This document shows, one piece after another, positions 28,925 through 38,579 of a DNA stretch of 46,723 nucleotides. The notes beneath the pieces were generated by a model. That model saw nothing but the letters and a program-made list of their open reading frames with translations. It did not search any database and had not been told where the DNA came from. Source of the DNA: Candidatus Woesearchaeota archaeon (lineage in GTDB: Archaea; Nanobdellota; Nanobdellia; SCGC-AAA011-G17; JAGVZF01); NCBI GenBank assembly GCA_018302805.1, contig JAGVZD010000002.1:1-46723 (forward strand), read 5' to 3'. Made by a program: the position numbers and the translations under genes. How positions within the stretch are numbered: position 1 is the stretch's first letter; every line of letters starts with the position of its first letter.

Positions 28925-29226
28925 TTTTGAATGTCGTTAATCCATTTTAAGAAAACTTGATTTACATCATTAACACTTAAAGAAACTATCATTGGCCTCT
29001 CATATGAATGATGTTCCTTGACATATTTCTCTATTTCCTTGAAGTTATTCTTTGCTGATTGGATTACTAATGCAAATTCCCTGTCATGGATAACTTCATC
29101 TTTCCACCAATAAAAAGAACTAATTGGGAGGTAATTAACACATGCTGCAATTTTCTTTTTAACAATTCCCTGTGCTATGTTTCTTGCTTCTTCCCGAGTA
29201 TCGCATGTAACATAGACTAAAAGCAT
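28921..29226 (-). CDS. cutA: divalent-cation tolerance protein CutA
   Basis: VYVTC...IAACVN...SFYWW...HSYERP; start moved to ATG 29226, out of the tRNA. Confidence 0.9.
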   Translation of the reverse strand: MLLVYVTCDTREEARNIAQGIVKKKIAACVNYLPISSFYWWKDEVIHDREFALVIQSAKNNFKEIEKYVKEHHSYERPMIVSLSVNDVNQVFLKWINDIQK

Positions 29227-29291
29227 AAAATTCAAATCAAGATTGCATTTATAAAAGTTTTTAAATTTAAAAAATATCCAAGTATTGATAT

Positions 29292-29380
29292 AGTCCCGTA
29301 GTCTAGCGGTCAAGAGGCTTGGCCTGATAAGATAGCGGACTCTGGATCCGTTGACCCAGGTTCGAATCCTGGCGGGACTA
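29292..29380 (+). tRNA. tRNA-Gln(CTG) with 16-nt D-arm intron (29315-29330)
   Basis: Acceptor AGTCCCG/CGGGACT, anticodon arm GCGGA-CTCTGGA-TCCGT; BHB: helix GTCA/TGAT, bulges AGA and AAG, inner helix GGC/GCC. Confidence 0.92.
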
Positions 29381-29383
29381 TTT

Positions 29384-30121
29384 TTAGATTAGAATAAAAT
29401 CTCCTTTTGAATAAGGTGGCGACGAAAGGCACAATATCTCAAGGGGTTGCTTTAAAGTATTTTTAAGAGAATGATGGATATTTTGAGGGATGTAAATCAA
29501 TGAACCTTTACCTATATTTTCATCTTTATCATCCAATTTAATTGTCCCTTCCCCTCGGATTACGAAATAAACTTCTTCACTCTTTATATGGTAGTGTTGT
29601 TTTGCTTTTTTTAATCCTTTAAGATAGCCTACTGCAATTCCAATATTAGAATTTGTTCTTTCTTTAAGAGAATTTAATTCATAAACTGTTGCACCATCAT
29701 GAGAGATATGAGATTCAGTTAATAAGTTAAGTTCCTTGACTTGTGGTTCTTCAAATTCTCTTAATATTAATTTAATATCTCTAGGATCAAAAGAAGGTGT
29801 TGATATAACTAAGTGCTCTAGATCTTCACTTTCTGATATATTTTTGAGTTTATGTGGAACTCTTACATCTATTGATACATATGCTCCTTTCTTAACGTTA
29901 TAGGCTTGATTATTAAGATATAAAATTCCTCTTCCGCTTAAGATAAAATATTTTTCATTTGTAAAATAGTGGTTATGGAGAAGTGAAACATTTTTTGGAT
30001 ACATAAGGACATGAGCTAAACTGACTGATTCAAGTTTTATAACCTCACGAAGAATTTGATTACAAATATTTTCTACTGTCGGTATATCATATATGTTCAA
30101 GATATAAGGTTGCTTAACCAT
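29384..30121 (-). CDS. tandem cupin-domain protein
   Basis: Two HxH...E.Y....G.G...H cupin motifs. Confidence 0.88.
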   Translation of the reverse strand: MVKQPYILNIYDIPTVENICNQILREVIKLESVSLAHVLMYPKNVSLLHNHYFTNEKYFILSGRGILYLNNQAYNVKKGAYVSIDVRVPHKLKNISESEDLEHLVISTPSFDPRDIKLILREFEEPQVKELNLLTESHISHDGATVYELNSLKERTNSNIGIAVGYLKGLKKAKQHYHIKSEEVYFVIRGEGTIKLDDKDENIGKGSLIYIPQNIHHSLKNTLKQPLEILCLSSPPYSKGDFILI

Positions 30122-30148
30122 AATACATCAAAGATTGTATGTATTTAC

Positions 30149-30769
30149 TCATTTATTATTTTTATGCCTTTTAAAGGCTTTTGATACGTGCATAAAATAC
30201 CAAGCTATAATTACTGCAATTAAGATTATAATTATAGAATCTGCTATAAAACTATATTTATGGATTAACGTCCAATTTTCAGCTAATATAAAACCTAAGA
30301 ATAAAAGAAAGGTATTCCAAATTGTACCTCCAATTAATGTGTAAATAACAAATTTAGTAAGATTCATTTTTCCCATGCCTGCAGGAATTGAAATTATATG
30401 TCTTACAACTGGAATGAATCTCCCAATGAAGATCGTTTTCTCTCCATTTTTTTTAAAGAAATCTTCTGTCCATTGCAGGTGTGCTTCTTCTAATAATAAA
30501 TATTTGCCAAATTTTCTTATAAACTTATCTCCATAAAATTTCCCAATGTAATACGAGATTAACGAACCGATTAATGTGCCTAATGAGCTAAATATTATTG
30601 CCAGGGTCAAAGATAGTTTGCTTGTTGCAACAAGAAATCCAACAAATGGCATTACTAATTCTGAAGGGATAGGAGCGATCATACTTTCGAGAGCCATCAA
30701 TATTAATATCCCAAGATAATTTATTGCCAAAATTATCCCTGTAATAGTTTCAATTAAAGCTGAAAACAT
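30149..30769 (-). CDS. dedA: DedA family membrane protein
   Basis: LES...PIPSE, GRFIPVVRHIISIPAG. Confidence 0.93.
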   Translation of the reverse strand: MFSALIETITGIILAINYLGILILMALESMIAPIPSELVMPFVGFLVATSKLSLTLAIIFSSLGTLIGSLISYYIGKFYGDKFIRKFGKYLLLEEAHLQWTEDFFKKNGEKTIFIGRFIPVVRHIISIPAGMGKMNLTKFVIYTLIGGTIWNTFLLFLGFILAENWTLIHKYSFIADSIIIILIAVIIAWYFMHVSKAFKRHKNNK

Positions 30770-30883
30770 AAATTTTGAGAAAAATTTTAAGTTAAGAAGG
30801 TTCCGGTTCCAAAAATCATTTTGATACTCTTTTATAGTAATAAACTTAGAAAGATTTATAATTTTTCTTATATTTAAATATGA

Positions 30884-31966
30884 ATGGCAAGCAAAAAATC
30901 AGATTCTAGTGTGAATGAGAACCAAGAAAAGAAGAAAGCAAATTGGCCTTTGTACGTAATTAAAGTTTCAATTTATGCATCAATTGGATTAGGGATTTGG
31001 AATATATCTGAAAAATATCTAGCTCCACAGATTAACAAATATTTCGATTCACGGATTAACAAACTTAATGATCAAAGACGTACTGAAATTTTAGCTAAAT
31101 TAGAACATAGTATAAGAGAGTATTACTTAAATTCTACATATATTAATGCTTCTAAAATCAACTATGCTAAGGAAAGTGAATTACTGTCAAAGTTACAATT
31201 ACAGAACTTTTCAGATAGTAAGCCTGATCGAGATAAGTCGATAGAAAATTTAGTAGAGAATACTGTAAATATTGGGCATATTTTTGTACCTTCTTTAGAT
31301 ATAGATAATTTAGTTGAAGATGTTTTAGGTTATGATGGGAGATCAAATATAATCTTCTGGAATTCTGGACCATCTTCGAATGCATTTATTATAAGCAATG
31401 AAGGACATCTTGTTACTGCACTTCATGTTGTAGAAAATTATTTTAATGATTACAATAAAGTAGTTGTAATGGATGATAAGAAAAAAATTCATAATGTCAC
31501 AGCCATTTTAGCATTTTCTAAACTTTATGATCTTGCACTTTTGAAAACAGATATAAAAGGAAATATATCAGTACCGATACTTGTTAATGAGGATACTCTA
31601 CCTAAAAATGCAACCTTATACAGTATTGGTAAAAATGTTATAGGTCGTCCTGATTTTGAATTTACAGCGGAGAAAGTGTATATTAAAAATAAAGACACTA
31701 TAAGTATAGAGAGGATTGTTTCTGCAGGTATCCTAAAGAGAGTGAGCGATGATATTATAATAAGTAGAGAGGGTACTTTATTGGGAAAGAATGTATTAGC
31801 TAATAATTTTAGTCGAGGTGGTTACAGCGGAATGTTTGTATCTGATGAATATGGAAGGATTGTCGGTGTACATTCATTAGGTGGATCTGAGGGAAGCAGA
31901 TTATCACCTGCATCAAAAATTAAAGAACTCGTTGATTTCTATCTAGCCTCATTAAAAGGCAAATAG
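30884..31966 (+). CDS. membrane-anchored trypsin-like (S1) serine protease
   Basis: VTALHV (His), DLALL (Asp), GGYSG (Ser), GRIVGVH; N-terminal TM segment. Confidence 0.85.
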   Translation: MASKKSDSSVNENQEKKKANWPLYVIKVSIYASIGLGIWNISEKYLAPQINKYFDSRINKLNDQRRTEILAKLEHSIREYYLNSTYINASKINYAKESELLSKLQLQNFSDSKPDRDKSIENLVENTVNIGHIFVPSLDIDNLVEDVLGYDGRSNIIFWNSGPSSNAFIISNEGHLVTALHVVENYFNDYNKVVVMDDKKKIHNVTAILAFSKLYDLALLKTDIKGNISVPILVNEDTLPKNATLYSIGKNVIGRPDFEFTAEKVYIKNKDTISIERIVSAGILKRVSDDIIISREGTLLGKNVLANNFSRGGYSGMFVSDEYGRIVGVHSLGGSEGSRLSPASKIKELVDFYLASLKGK

Positions 31967-32015
31967 TTAAAAAGAGAGAATTTTCATATTATAAATATTT
32001 TATAAATTGAGAGAA

Positions 32016-33038
32016 ATGGGAATCATTAAAATAAAAGAGGTTAGTAAAAGTTTTAGGGATAAATCTCAAGAAATCCTAGATAGAAAAAATGATAAGGCTA
32101 AATTTAAATTTTTAAAATATATCACTTACAGAAAGTTAGTAAAGGCTCTTAATTGTGTAACTTTTTCTGTTAATAAAGGCGAAATTTTTGGTTTGCTTGG
32201 ACCTAATGGTGCTGGAAAAACAACATTGAGTAAAATGATAGTGGGACTGCTTAAACCTGATAAAGGGAGAGTATTAGTTTTTGATAAACAAGGTGATGAT
32301 ATTAATAAAGAAAGTAGGAGATTTAATGTTGTTTTTGCCAGAGCAAACCTATTTTATGAATTAAGCGGTAGAGAAAATCTAGAATTTTATTCTAAGTTAT
32401 ATGGAATTAAAAATTATAAAAAAAAGATTCAAAGGTGGATAGAAATTTTTGAGGTTGATAAGAAAGCAGAGAGCAAGACATATACTTATTCTACAGGAGA
32501 GGCAATGAGATTTAAAATAATTAAAGCACTTTTAAATCAGCCAGAACTATTGGTTTTAGATGAACCTACTATTGGGTTAGATGTCAATATGGCGATCAAA
32601 ATAAGAGAGTTATTAAAGCAATTAAATAAGAAATACAATGTTACAATTTTTCTAACTACACATTATATGGAAGAAGCAGATTATTTATGTGATAGAGTAG
32701 CAATTTTAAATAAAGGAAAAATTTTAAAGATAGGTACTGCAAAGGAAATAAAGGGATTATTGAGGAAGAATAAAATTGTAGAAGTTCAAATTAAAAATTT
32801 TAATAGCCTAGTTTTAAAGAAAATTAAAGATTCTGGATATGTCAAAGATTTAGAATTTATTGGAGTTGAAGAAAAAATCAGAGTAATCCTGAAACTGACT
32901 GCGAAGGTTGAAGATTTTATTACTTTCTTGCATAAAAATAATCTGAAGGTAAGTTCAATAAATGTGGAAGAACCAAGTTTAGCAGATGCATATCTCTATT
33001 TAACTGGTCAAGAGTTGGTGAGCGATGAGCTTCTTTAG
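32016..33038 (+). CDS. ABC-2 type exporter ATP-binding subunit
   Basis: GPNGAGKTT, LVLDEPT, TTHYMEEA. Confidence 0.93.
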   Translation: MGIIKIKEVSKSFRDKSQEILDRKNDKAKFKFLKYITYRKLVKALNCVTFSVNKGEIFGLLGPNGAGKTTLSKMIVGLLKPDKGRVLVFDKQGDDINKESRRFNVVFARANLFYELSGRENLEFYSKLYGIKNYKKKIQRWIEIFEVDKKAESKTYTYSTGEAMRFKIIKALLNQPELLVLDEPTIGLDVNMAIKIRELLKQLNKKYNVTIFLTTHYMEEADYLCDRVAILNKGKILKIGTAKEIKGLLRKNKIVEVQIKNFNSLVLKKIKDSGYVKDLEFIGVEEKIRVILKLTAKVEDFITFLHKNNLKVSSINVEEPSLADAYLYLTGQELVSDELL

Positions 33039-33828
33039 GGATTTATGGATACTAACGATATTAGACTTCAAGAGATATTATACTTGGTCAGAAAGAATTG
33101 TATTTGATGTACTATTAAGCATAATTGGTTTCTTGAGTTTTGTATTAGTTTGGCAGGCTGTCTTTAAAGGAGGTTTTGAAGGTATAGGACCTTTGACAAA
33201 AGATAATTTCATTGTATTTATATTGTCTGGAAGTATTGTTTGGGAATTTATTAGCGTAAATTTAACAGGCGATGGTATATGGGCTTTTATAAGGGAGAAA
33301 TATCAGGGAACATTGCCTTACCTATTAGTTAGTCCTGCAAATAAATTAGCTTTTGTGTATAGCAAAGTCATGATTAATTTGTTTAAAATATTAATCAATG
33401 TTATATTGTCTTTGTTTGTTGCTTTTGTTTTCTTTGATATTAATTTTAATGGAAGTATTTTGTTAGCTATCTTTTCATTACTTCTTATTTTTGTTACATT
33501 TTCTGGGATTGGAATTGTAATTGCAAGTTTAGGTGCGTGGAGAGAAGGCATTGCAAATGTCTCTTTTGTTCTTGGTTCTATATTATACTTAGTATCTGGG
33601 GTATATTATCCAATAGAAATTTTTCCGGAAACAATGCAAAAAATATTTTTTGTACTACCAACAACCCAGTCAATCAACTTACTAAGAGAAATAGTAATTA
33701 ATAATGCATCTTTTCTTAATGTGTTTCCAATTTTAAGTTACCTGTTAATCTGGGGAATTGCTTTAATAATTTTAGGTCTTATAATTTTTAAGAAATTAGA
33801 AAAGAAAATTAGTTTATTAGGTATTTAA
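33025..33828 (+). CDS. ABC-2 type permease
   Basis: About six TM segments, REK.QGTL..LLVSP, SGVYYP. Confidence 0.9.
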   Translation: MSFFRDLWILTILDFKRYYTWSERIVFDVLLSIIGFLSFVLVWQAVFKGGFEGIGPLTKDNFIVFILSGSIVWEFISVNLTGDGIWAFIREKYQGTLPYLLVSPANKLAFVYSKVMINLFKILINVILSLFVAFVFFDINFNGSILLAIFSLLLIFVTFSGIGIVIASLGAWREGIANVSFVLGSILYLVSGVYYPIEIFPETMQKIFFVLPTTQSINLLREIVINNASFLNVFPILSYLLIWGIALIILGLIIFKKLEKKISLLGI

Positions 33829-33874
33829 TTAATTCGATAGACTTATAAATTTCTTTAAAATATTTTGAAACTAT

Positions 33875-33986
33875 GCTCCGTTAGTCTAGCCCGGTCAAGG
33901 ATTCGGCCCTCTCGAGCAAACTTTTCTTAAAAGTTTAATCAAAATGGAGAAAGGCCGAGACCCGAGTTCAAATCTCGGACGGAGCA
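33875..33986 (+). tRNA. tRNA-Glu(CTC) with 37-nt canonical intron (33915-33951)
   Basis: Acceptor GCTCCGT/ACGGAGC, anticodon stem CGGCC/GGCCG, BHB helix CTCT/GGAG, T arm CCGAG-TTCAAAT-CTCGG. Confidence 0.92.
33918..33943 (+). repeat. palindromic intron element, copy A
   Basis: AAACTTTT-CTT-AAAAGTTT-AATCAAA inside the tRNA-Glu intron. Confidence 0.9.
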
Positions 33987-34056
33987 TTTAATGCTTGAGA
34001 GCATTTAAATAATTTTTCACAATCTCTTTCCCGGAGGGGTGGTAGGAGGCAAATAA

Positions 34057-34518
34057 ATGAAAGGGATATTAAAAGGATCCTTAGCAGCAATTGTATTTGC
34101 TATCGGAGTTGAGGCAATTTCATGCAGTGAGGCAACAAGGCCTTTTGAACAAGGATTGGGCTGCACGCTGCAGGATACTACTTTGGTATCTGTAAATGAT
34201 CAAAGGTCACTTCGATTTGAAGCTGAAAGTAGCACCTATTATGTAAGGATTTTGCATGTAAGGCCAGAACCAGAGGATGTGCCCAACCCAAGTGCACATA
34301 TCGTTTCTATGTTGGTCAATAACTCAAGATACGTAAGTGGACTGTTGAGTAATGGTCAAGACATTGATAGGCTCTATTTAAGAGGAGAAACTACATCCAC
34401 CGAACCAACAGGTGGTGACGAAGCAATTCTAGACATTACGTACGCTAGGGGGCGCATTCCACCAAGTGAAGGTGCTGAAAGAGGAACTGTTGGTCTGAGA
34501 TTCATACGGTGTAGATAA
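34057..34518 (+). CDS. hypothetical secreted protein or lipoprotein
   Basis: AGGAGG RBS, signal-peptide-like N-terminus with Cys; GC-richer than neighbours. Confidence 0.7.
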   Translation: MKGILKGSLAAIVFAIGVEAISCSEATRPFEQGLGCTLQDTTLVSVNDQRSLRFEAESSTYYVRILHVRPEPEDVPNPSAHIVSMLVNNSRYVSGLLSNGQDIDRLYLRGETTSTEPTGGDEAILDITYARGRIPPSEGAERGTVGLRFIRCR

Positions 34519-34687
34519 ACTTACTTTTCTTTTTTTATTTAATCAAAAGAGGTAATGCCCAAATTAAAGATAATGCTAAGATCGAATAACTTACATGCCT
34601 CATAAATTTGTTAGTGTACCGATTAGGATTTCTACAGAGTCTGAAGAAAGTGCATATATTTATAAAAGTGGAGAAATTTAATTTTAA

Positions 34688-36277
34688 ATGCCAAATGCTT
34701 TATTAGTTTATCCAAAGAATCCTGTTACATTTTGGAGTTTTGATGAAGCTTTAAAGATTGCTGGGAAAAAATGTTCTTTTCAACCTGCAGGATTACTTAC
34801 AGTTGCAGGAATGTTACCAGAAAGATATGCGCCTAGAGTCATAGATGAAAATGTTGAACCTTTAAGAGATACAGATTTAGAATGGGCAGATGTTGTTTTA
34901 ACTTCATCTATGATAATACATTTGGATTCACTTGAAGAAATTATTAAACGAGCTAAAGAACATAGAAAACCTGTATTGTCGGGAGGTCCATTAGCAACAC
35001 AATATTTTAATGATATTAAAGGTGATGCAACTTTCTTCTTAGGCGAAGCTGAAGCAGGATTTGTTGACACATTAGATGAAATTGTAAGGCAAAGATTTAT
35101 ACCTGGAAAGCGAGTAGTTGATAAGCGAAAAAAGTTTGAATCCTTAAATAATACTCCTTTACAAAGATTTGATTTAATCAAGGATAATCTGCAAAAATAT
35201 GCTTCGATGGCTATACAAATTACCAGAGGTTGCCCGGAATCCTGCACTTTTTGTAACATACCCTCATTGTATGGAAAGAAAACAAGATTAAAATCTGCAA
35301 GCGATGTAATTCAAGAACTGCAATTACTCTATGATCTTAAATGGAGAGGATCGGTAATGATTGTAGATGATAATATTGTTGGTAATCAGACAGCAATTAT
35401 CCCGATTCTGAAAGAAACTGCTCATTGGCAAGAGAGGCATAACTATCCTTTTAGCCTCCATACTCAAGGAAGTTTAAGAATGTATGAAGATCCTAAGTTA
35501 ATGGACGCTATGTACCAAGCTGGATTTAATCTGGTTTTTTGGGGGTTAGAATCTCCAGCTGCTGAAAGTTTAAAGGCTATGGGTGCTCAAAAAAATCTGC
35601 AAGCAACTAATGAACGTGGAAGGAGATCAATGCTTGAAAAAGTTCGTGAAATTCAAAAATATTATTTTAGGGGTCAAGCTGGTTTCATTATTGGTTTTGA
35701 TGCAGACCCCCCTGATATTGCTAAGAGGATGAAGGCATTTATTGATGAATCAAGGATTAGTGTTGCAATGGTTGGTCCCTTAGGAGTCTTGCCAGATACT
35801 CCGGATTGGATAAGATACTCTAGAGATAATAGACTTGTAGAAAGTGTGAGGTATAATGGAGATTCTGGATTGTTTGCCAAAGAATTAAGTTATATTCCAA
35901 GATACCAAGATGGAAGTGAAATGGATCCAGAAATTGTTTTAGGAAGGCATCGTGAAGTTGTACAACATATAAACAGTCCTGAGAATTATTTTGCAAGGAC
36001 ATTAGATTATATTAATCATAGAGAAAGAAAACCAATTAGGCAAACTAGGATTGATTTTGCTAATTTTAAAGCTGCATTTAGATCTTTTTATTATCAAGGA
36101 ATTAAGAGTGATTACAAAAAAACTTACTGGGATTATTTATGGAAAGTTGCATCTCATGATTTAAGAGATATTCCAGATGCGATTACTTATGCTGTAGAAG
36201 GCCATCATTTAATTACGCTAACTAAAAAAGGGTTGGAAGAATTTAAGGGTAAAATTGGATTAGAGAAGAGTGTTTAA
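34688..36277 (+). CDS. B12-binding radical SAM protein (DUF4070/HpnP-like)
   Basis: LVYP...FWSF N-terminus, RGCPESCTFC (CxxxCxxC), VDDN, GFIIGFD. Confidence 0.9.
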   Translation: MPNALLVYPKNPVTFWSFDEALKIAGKKCSFQPAGLLTVAGMLPERYAPRVIDENVEPLRDTDLEWADVVLTSSMIIHLDSLEEIIKRAKEHRKPVLSGGPLATQYFNDIKGDATFFLGEAEAGFVDTLDEIVRQRFIPGKRVVDKRKKFESLNNTPLQRFDLIKDNLQKYASMAIQITRGCPESCTFCNIPSLYGKKTRLKSASDVIQELQLLYDLKWRGSVMIVDDNIVGNQTAIIPILKETAHWQERHNYPFSLHTQGSLRMYEDPKLMDAMYQAGFNLVFWGLESPAAESLKAMGAQKNLQATNERGRRSMLEKVREIQKYYFRGQAGFIIGFDADPPDIAKRMKAFIDESRISVAMVGPLGVLPDTPDWIRYSRDNRLVESVRYNGDSGLFAKELSYIPRYQDGSEMDPEIVLGRHREVVQHINSPENYFARTLDYINHRERKPIRQTRIDFANFKAAFRSFYYQGIKSDYKKTYWDYLWKVASHDLRDIPDAITYAVEGHHLITLTKKGLEEFKGKIGLEKSV

Positions 36278-36299
36278 GACTATATATTTTAATATAGCT

Positions 36300-37181
36300 T
36301 TATAATAATGGTAAGGCAACTAGTAAGGATATAATTAGTAATACATAACTTACATGTCTAATATAACTGTTTGTATATAAATTTGGGTTTTTTATTACTT
36401 TTAAATAAAAGGGGGCAATTAGTAAAACTATAGGGGTTAAATAAATTAAATTATATGGTAGTGAACCGATGTTCTCAATATTAAAGAATTTATCATTAAA
36501 TAACATTAAGAAAAATGAAGCTATCGCTATAAACATTAAAGCGAAGGCAGAAATTTTAATTCTATCTTTATTATAAGTTGTTACTGAACTTTTATACTTT
36601 AATTTTTTTTCTAAATCATAATGATGAAGTCTATAAAATAAAAATCCAGATGTTTTTGTCAATGTTACAAAAATTAAGCCTAAAATGGGGATGTTAAAAG
36701 ATGTTGTAAATAAAAACCATCCCGCTAAAAATCTCAGAATTTGGCCCAGCATACCGCAAGAGATAAAGTCCCAATTAGCAGATTCTTTAAATCTAAATGG
36801 TTTCAAAGTATAAGTTAATTGGTTGAATAAGGTAAATATTATTATTAAAAGAAAATAAAAACTAATGAGTGAAGATAAAATAATAGACAAAGAAATTAAA
36901 ATTGAGGCAGATATTGTGGCAGTTTTTTTACTTAATTGGCCTGATATTATAGGCCTTTCTTTCTTTTCTTTATGAAATTTGTCCACATAAATATCACTTA
37001 AGTCATTTAATATATAAAGACCAGACCACATTAATACCCCTAAGACTAAAAAACCAAAAAAGAACTCTTTTATAGGAGGTAATTTATTTAATGCTAAATA
37101 AGATGCCAGTAGCATCACCCATAAAGTTTTTAGCCATAATAGAGGCCTACATGATTTAATAATATTTAATAGAGTTTTCAA
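36300..37181 (-). CDS. UbiA family prenyltransferase
   Basis: RP..W.K, YILNDLSD..VD..H..K..RPI.SG; multiple TM; TTG start. Confidence 0.88.
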   Translation of the reverse strand: MKTLLNIIKSCRPLLWLKTLWVMLLASYLALNKLPPIKEFFFGFLVLGVLMWSGLYILNDLSDIYVDKFHKEKKERPIISGQLSKKTATISASILISLSIILSSLISFYFLLIIIFTLFNQLTYTLKPFRFKESANWDFISCGMLGQILRFLAGWFLFTTSFNIPILGLIFVTLTKTSGFLFYRLHHYDLEKKLKYKSSVTTYNKDRIKISAFALMFIAIASFFLMLFNDKFFNIENIGSLPYNLIYLTPIVLLIAPFYLKVIKNPNLYTNSYIRHVSYVLLIISLLVALPLL

Positions 37182-37222
37182 ATCACTATTTCATAATTTT
37201 ATGATGTTATAAAGTTTATGAT

Positions 37223-38419
37223 TTAATTACGTCTGTGTAAATTATTATGTCTTCTTGGTTTATTGAATCCGGATCTATAATCAAAATCTCTTCTTCCAAC
37301 ATCAAAGTAAACTCTTTTAAATTCTTCTCTAGGAAGCTTTAAAATTTTAATGGGATACTTTTGCAGGACAGCGGAAAAGAAAGAATGGTCATTAGAGGAA
37401 AGTAATGTTATTGCTTTTCCTGATTTGCCTGCGCGGGCAGTTCTACCAATTTGATGCACATATTCTTCTGGATTTTTTGGAACACTATAATTAAAGATAT
37501 GTGTAACATTTTTTATATCTAGACCCCGAGCAGCTATAGCAGTTGCTACAAGAACATGAGGTTTTCCCTTGTGAAAGCCATTTATAACATTTAATCTTTT
37601 GTTTTGTGACATACCTCCATGGATAACTTGCGCATCTATGTCATTCTTAATTAAATTCCTTGCAGTAAGATCTGCGTTTCGTCTAGTCGAACAAAAGACT
37701 ATGGCTAATTTAGGATTTTCTTTTTTGATTAAGTGCACTAGCATTGAGAATTTCTCTTTTATGTCAACATCATAATAAAATTGATTAAGGTAACTTTCTT
37801 CCACATGTGGTTGAGATCTAATAACTACTGGTGATTTCATGTAGTGATTTTTCAGTTTAGCAATATCATCAGATATAGTGGCCCCAAATAATAATGTCTG
37901 TCTATTTTTTGGAGTCGCCTTCAATATAATTTCTATGTCTTCGATAAATCCCATAGTAGACATTTTATCCGCTTCATCTAAAACAATGACTTTAATTTTT
38001 GATAGGTCTAAAGATCTTCTCGATAAATGATCTACTAATCTTCCAGGAGTGCCAACTACAATATCTGCTTTCCTAATGTGAAATTCTTGAGGTTGCAATG
38101 AAACCCCACCATAAACTACTGTTGTGTATAACTTAAAATATTTTGTAAGTTTTCTGATTTCCCTAGCTACCTGTTCAGCAAGTTCCCTTACAGGAACAAC
38201 AATTAGAATTTGCACTCCTTGCCCAGTTTTTATATTATCAAGAATAGATGAGCCAAATGCTATGGTTTTTCCCGAACCTGTTTTAGACATGGCAATTATA
38301 TCATGACCTGATTTTATTTGAGGTATAACCTTTATTTGGATATCTGTAGGTTCAATTATGTCTTCTTCAGATAATGCTTTAACTATTTCTTGTTTTATCC
38401 CTAATTCAGTAAAATCCAT
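37223..38419 (-). CDS. DEAD-box RNA helicase
   Basis: TGSGKT, PVRELA, GTPGR, DEAD, ARGLD, GRTAR. Confidence 0.95.
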   Translation of the reverse strand: MDFTELGIKQEIVKALSEEDIIEPTDIQIKVIPQIKSGHDIIAMSKTGSGKTIAFGSSILDNIKTGQGVQILIVVPVRELAEQVAREIRKLTKYFKLYTTVVYGGVSLQPQEFHIRKADIVVGTPGRLVDHLSRRSLDLSKIKVIVLDEADKMSTMGFIEDIEIILKATPKNRQTLLFGATISDDIAKLKNHYMKSPVVIRSQPHVEESYLNQFYYDVDIKEKFSMLVHLIKKENPKLAIVFCSTRRNADLTARNLIKNDIDAQVIHGGMSQNKRLNVINGFHKGKPHVLVATAIAARGLDIKNVTHIFNYSVPKNPEEYVHQIGRTARAGKSGKAITLLSSNDHSFFSAVLQKYPIKILKLPREEFKRVYFDVGRRDFDYRSGFNKPRRHNNLHRRN

Positions 38420-38579
38420 TTTTAATATAGAAAACCTTATAATTTCTAAAAGCTAAATATTCCATTAATCAGTGAGGTTTTAATCGAGTTTATAAACATA
38501 ACTATTTTAGACTTTTTAGATGAATTTGTTATACTTGACTTCATAAAATTTAAATATTAGTTTTGTATTTATCTAGATT

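Noticed and set aside
29227-29313. N-terminal extension of cutA
   Set aside because: It runs antisense into tRNA-Gln and its promoter region; the family begins at MLLVYVT.
30769-30792. AAATTTTGAGAAAAATTTTAA resembling the element
   Set aside because: It lacks the diagnostic C/G stem pair and the AATCAAA tail; low complexity.
34519-34687. Possible structured RNA or cobalamin riboswitch upstream of the B12 radical SAM gene
   Set aside because: Only weak pairing (GAGGTAATG/CATGCCTC) and no recognisable B12-box; a TATA box sits just before the ATG, implying a short or absent leader.
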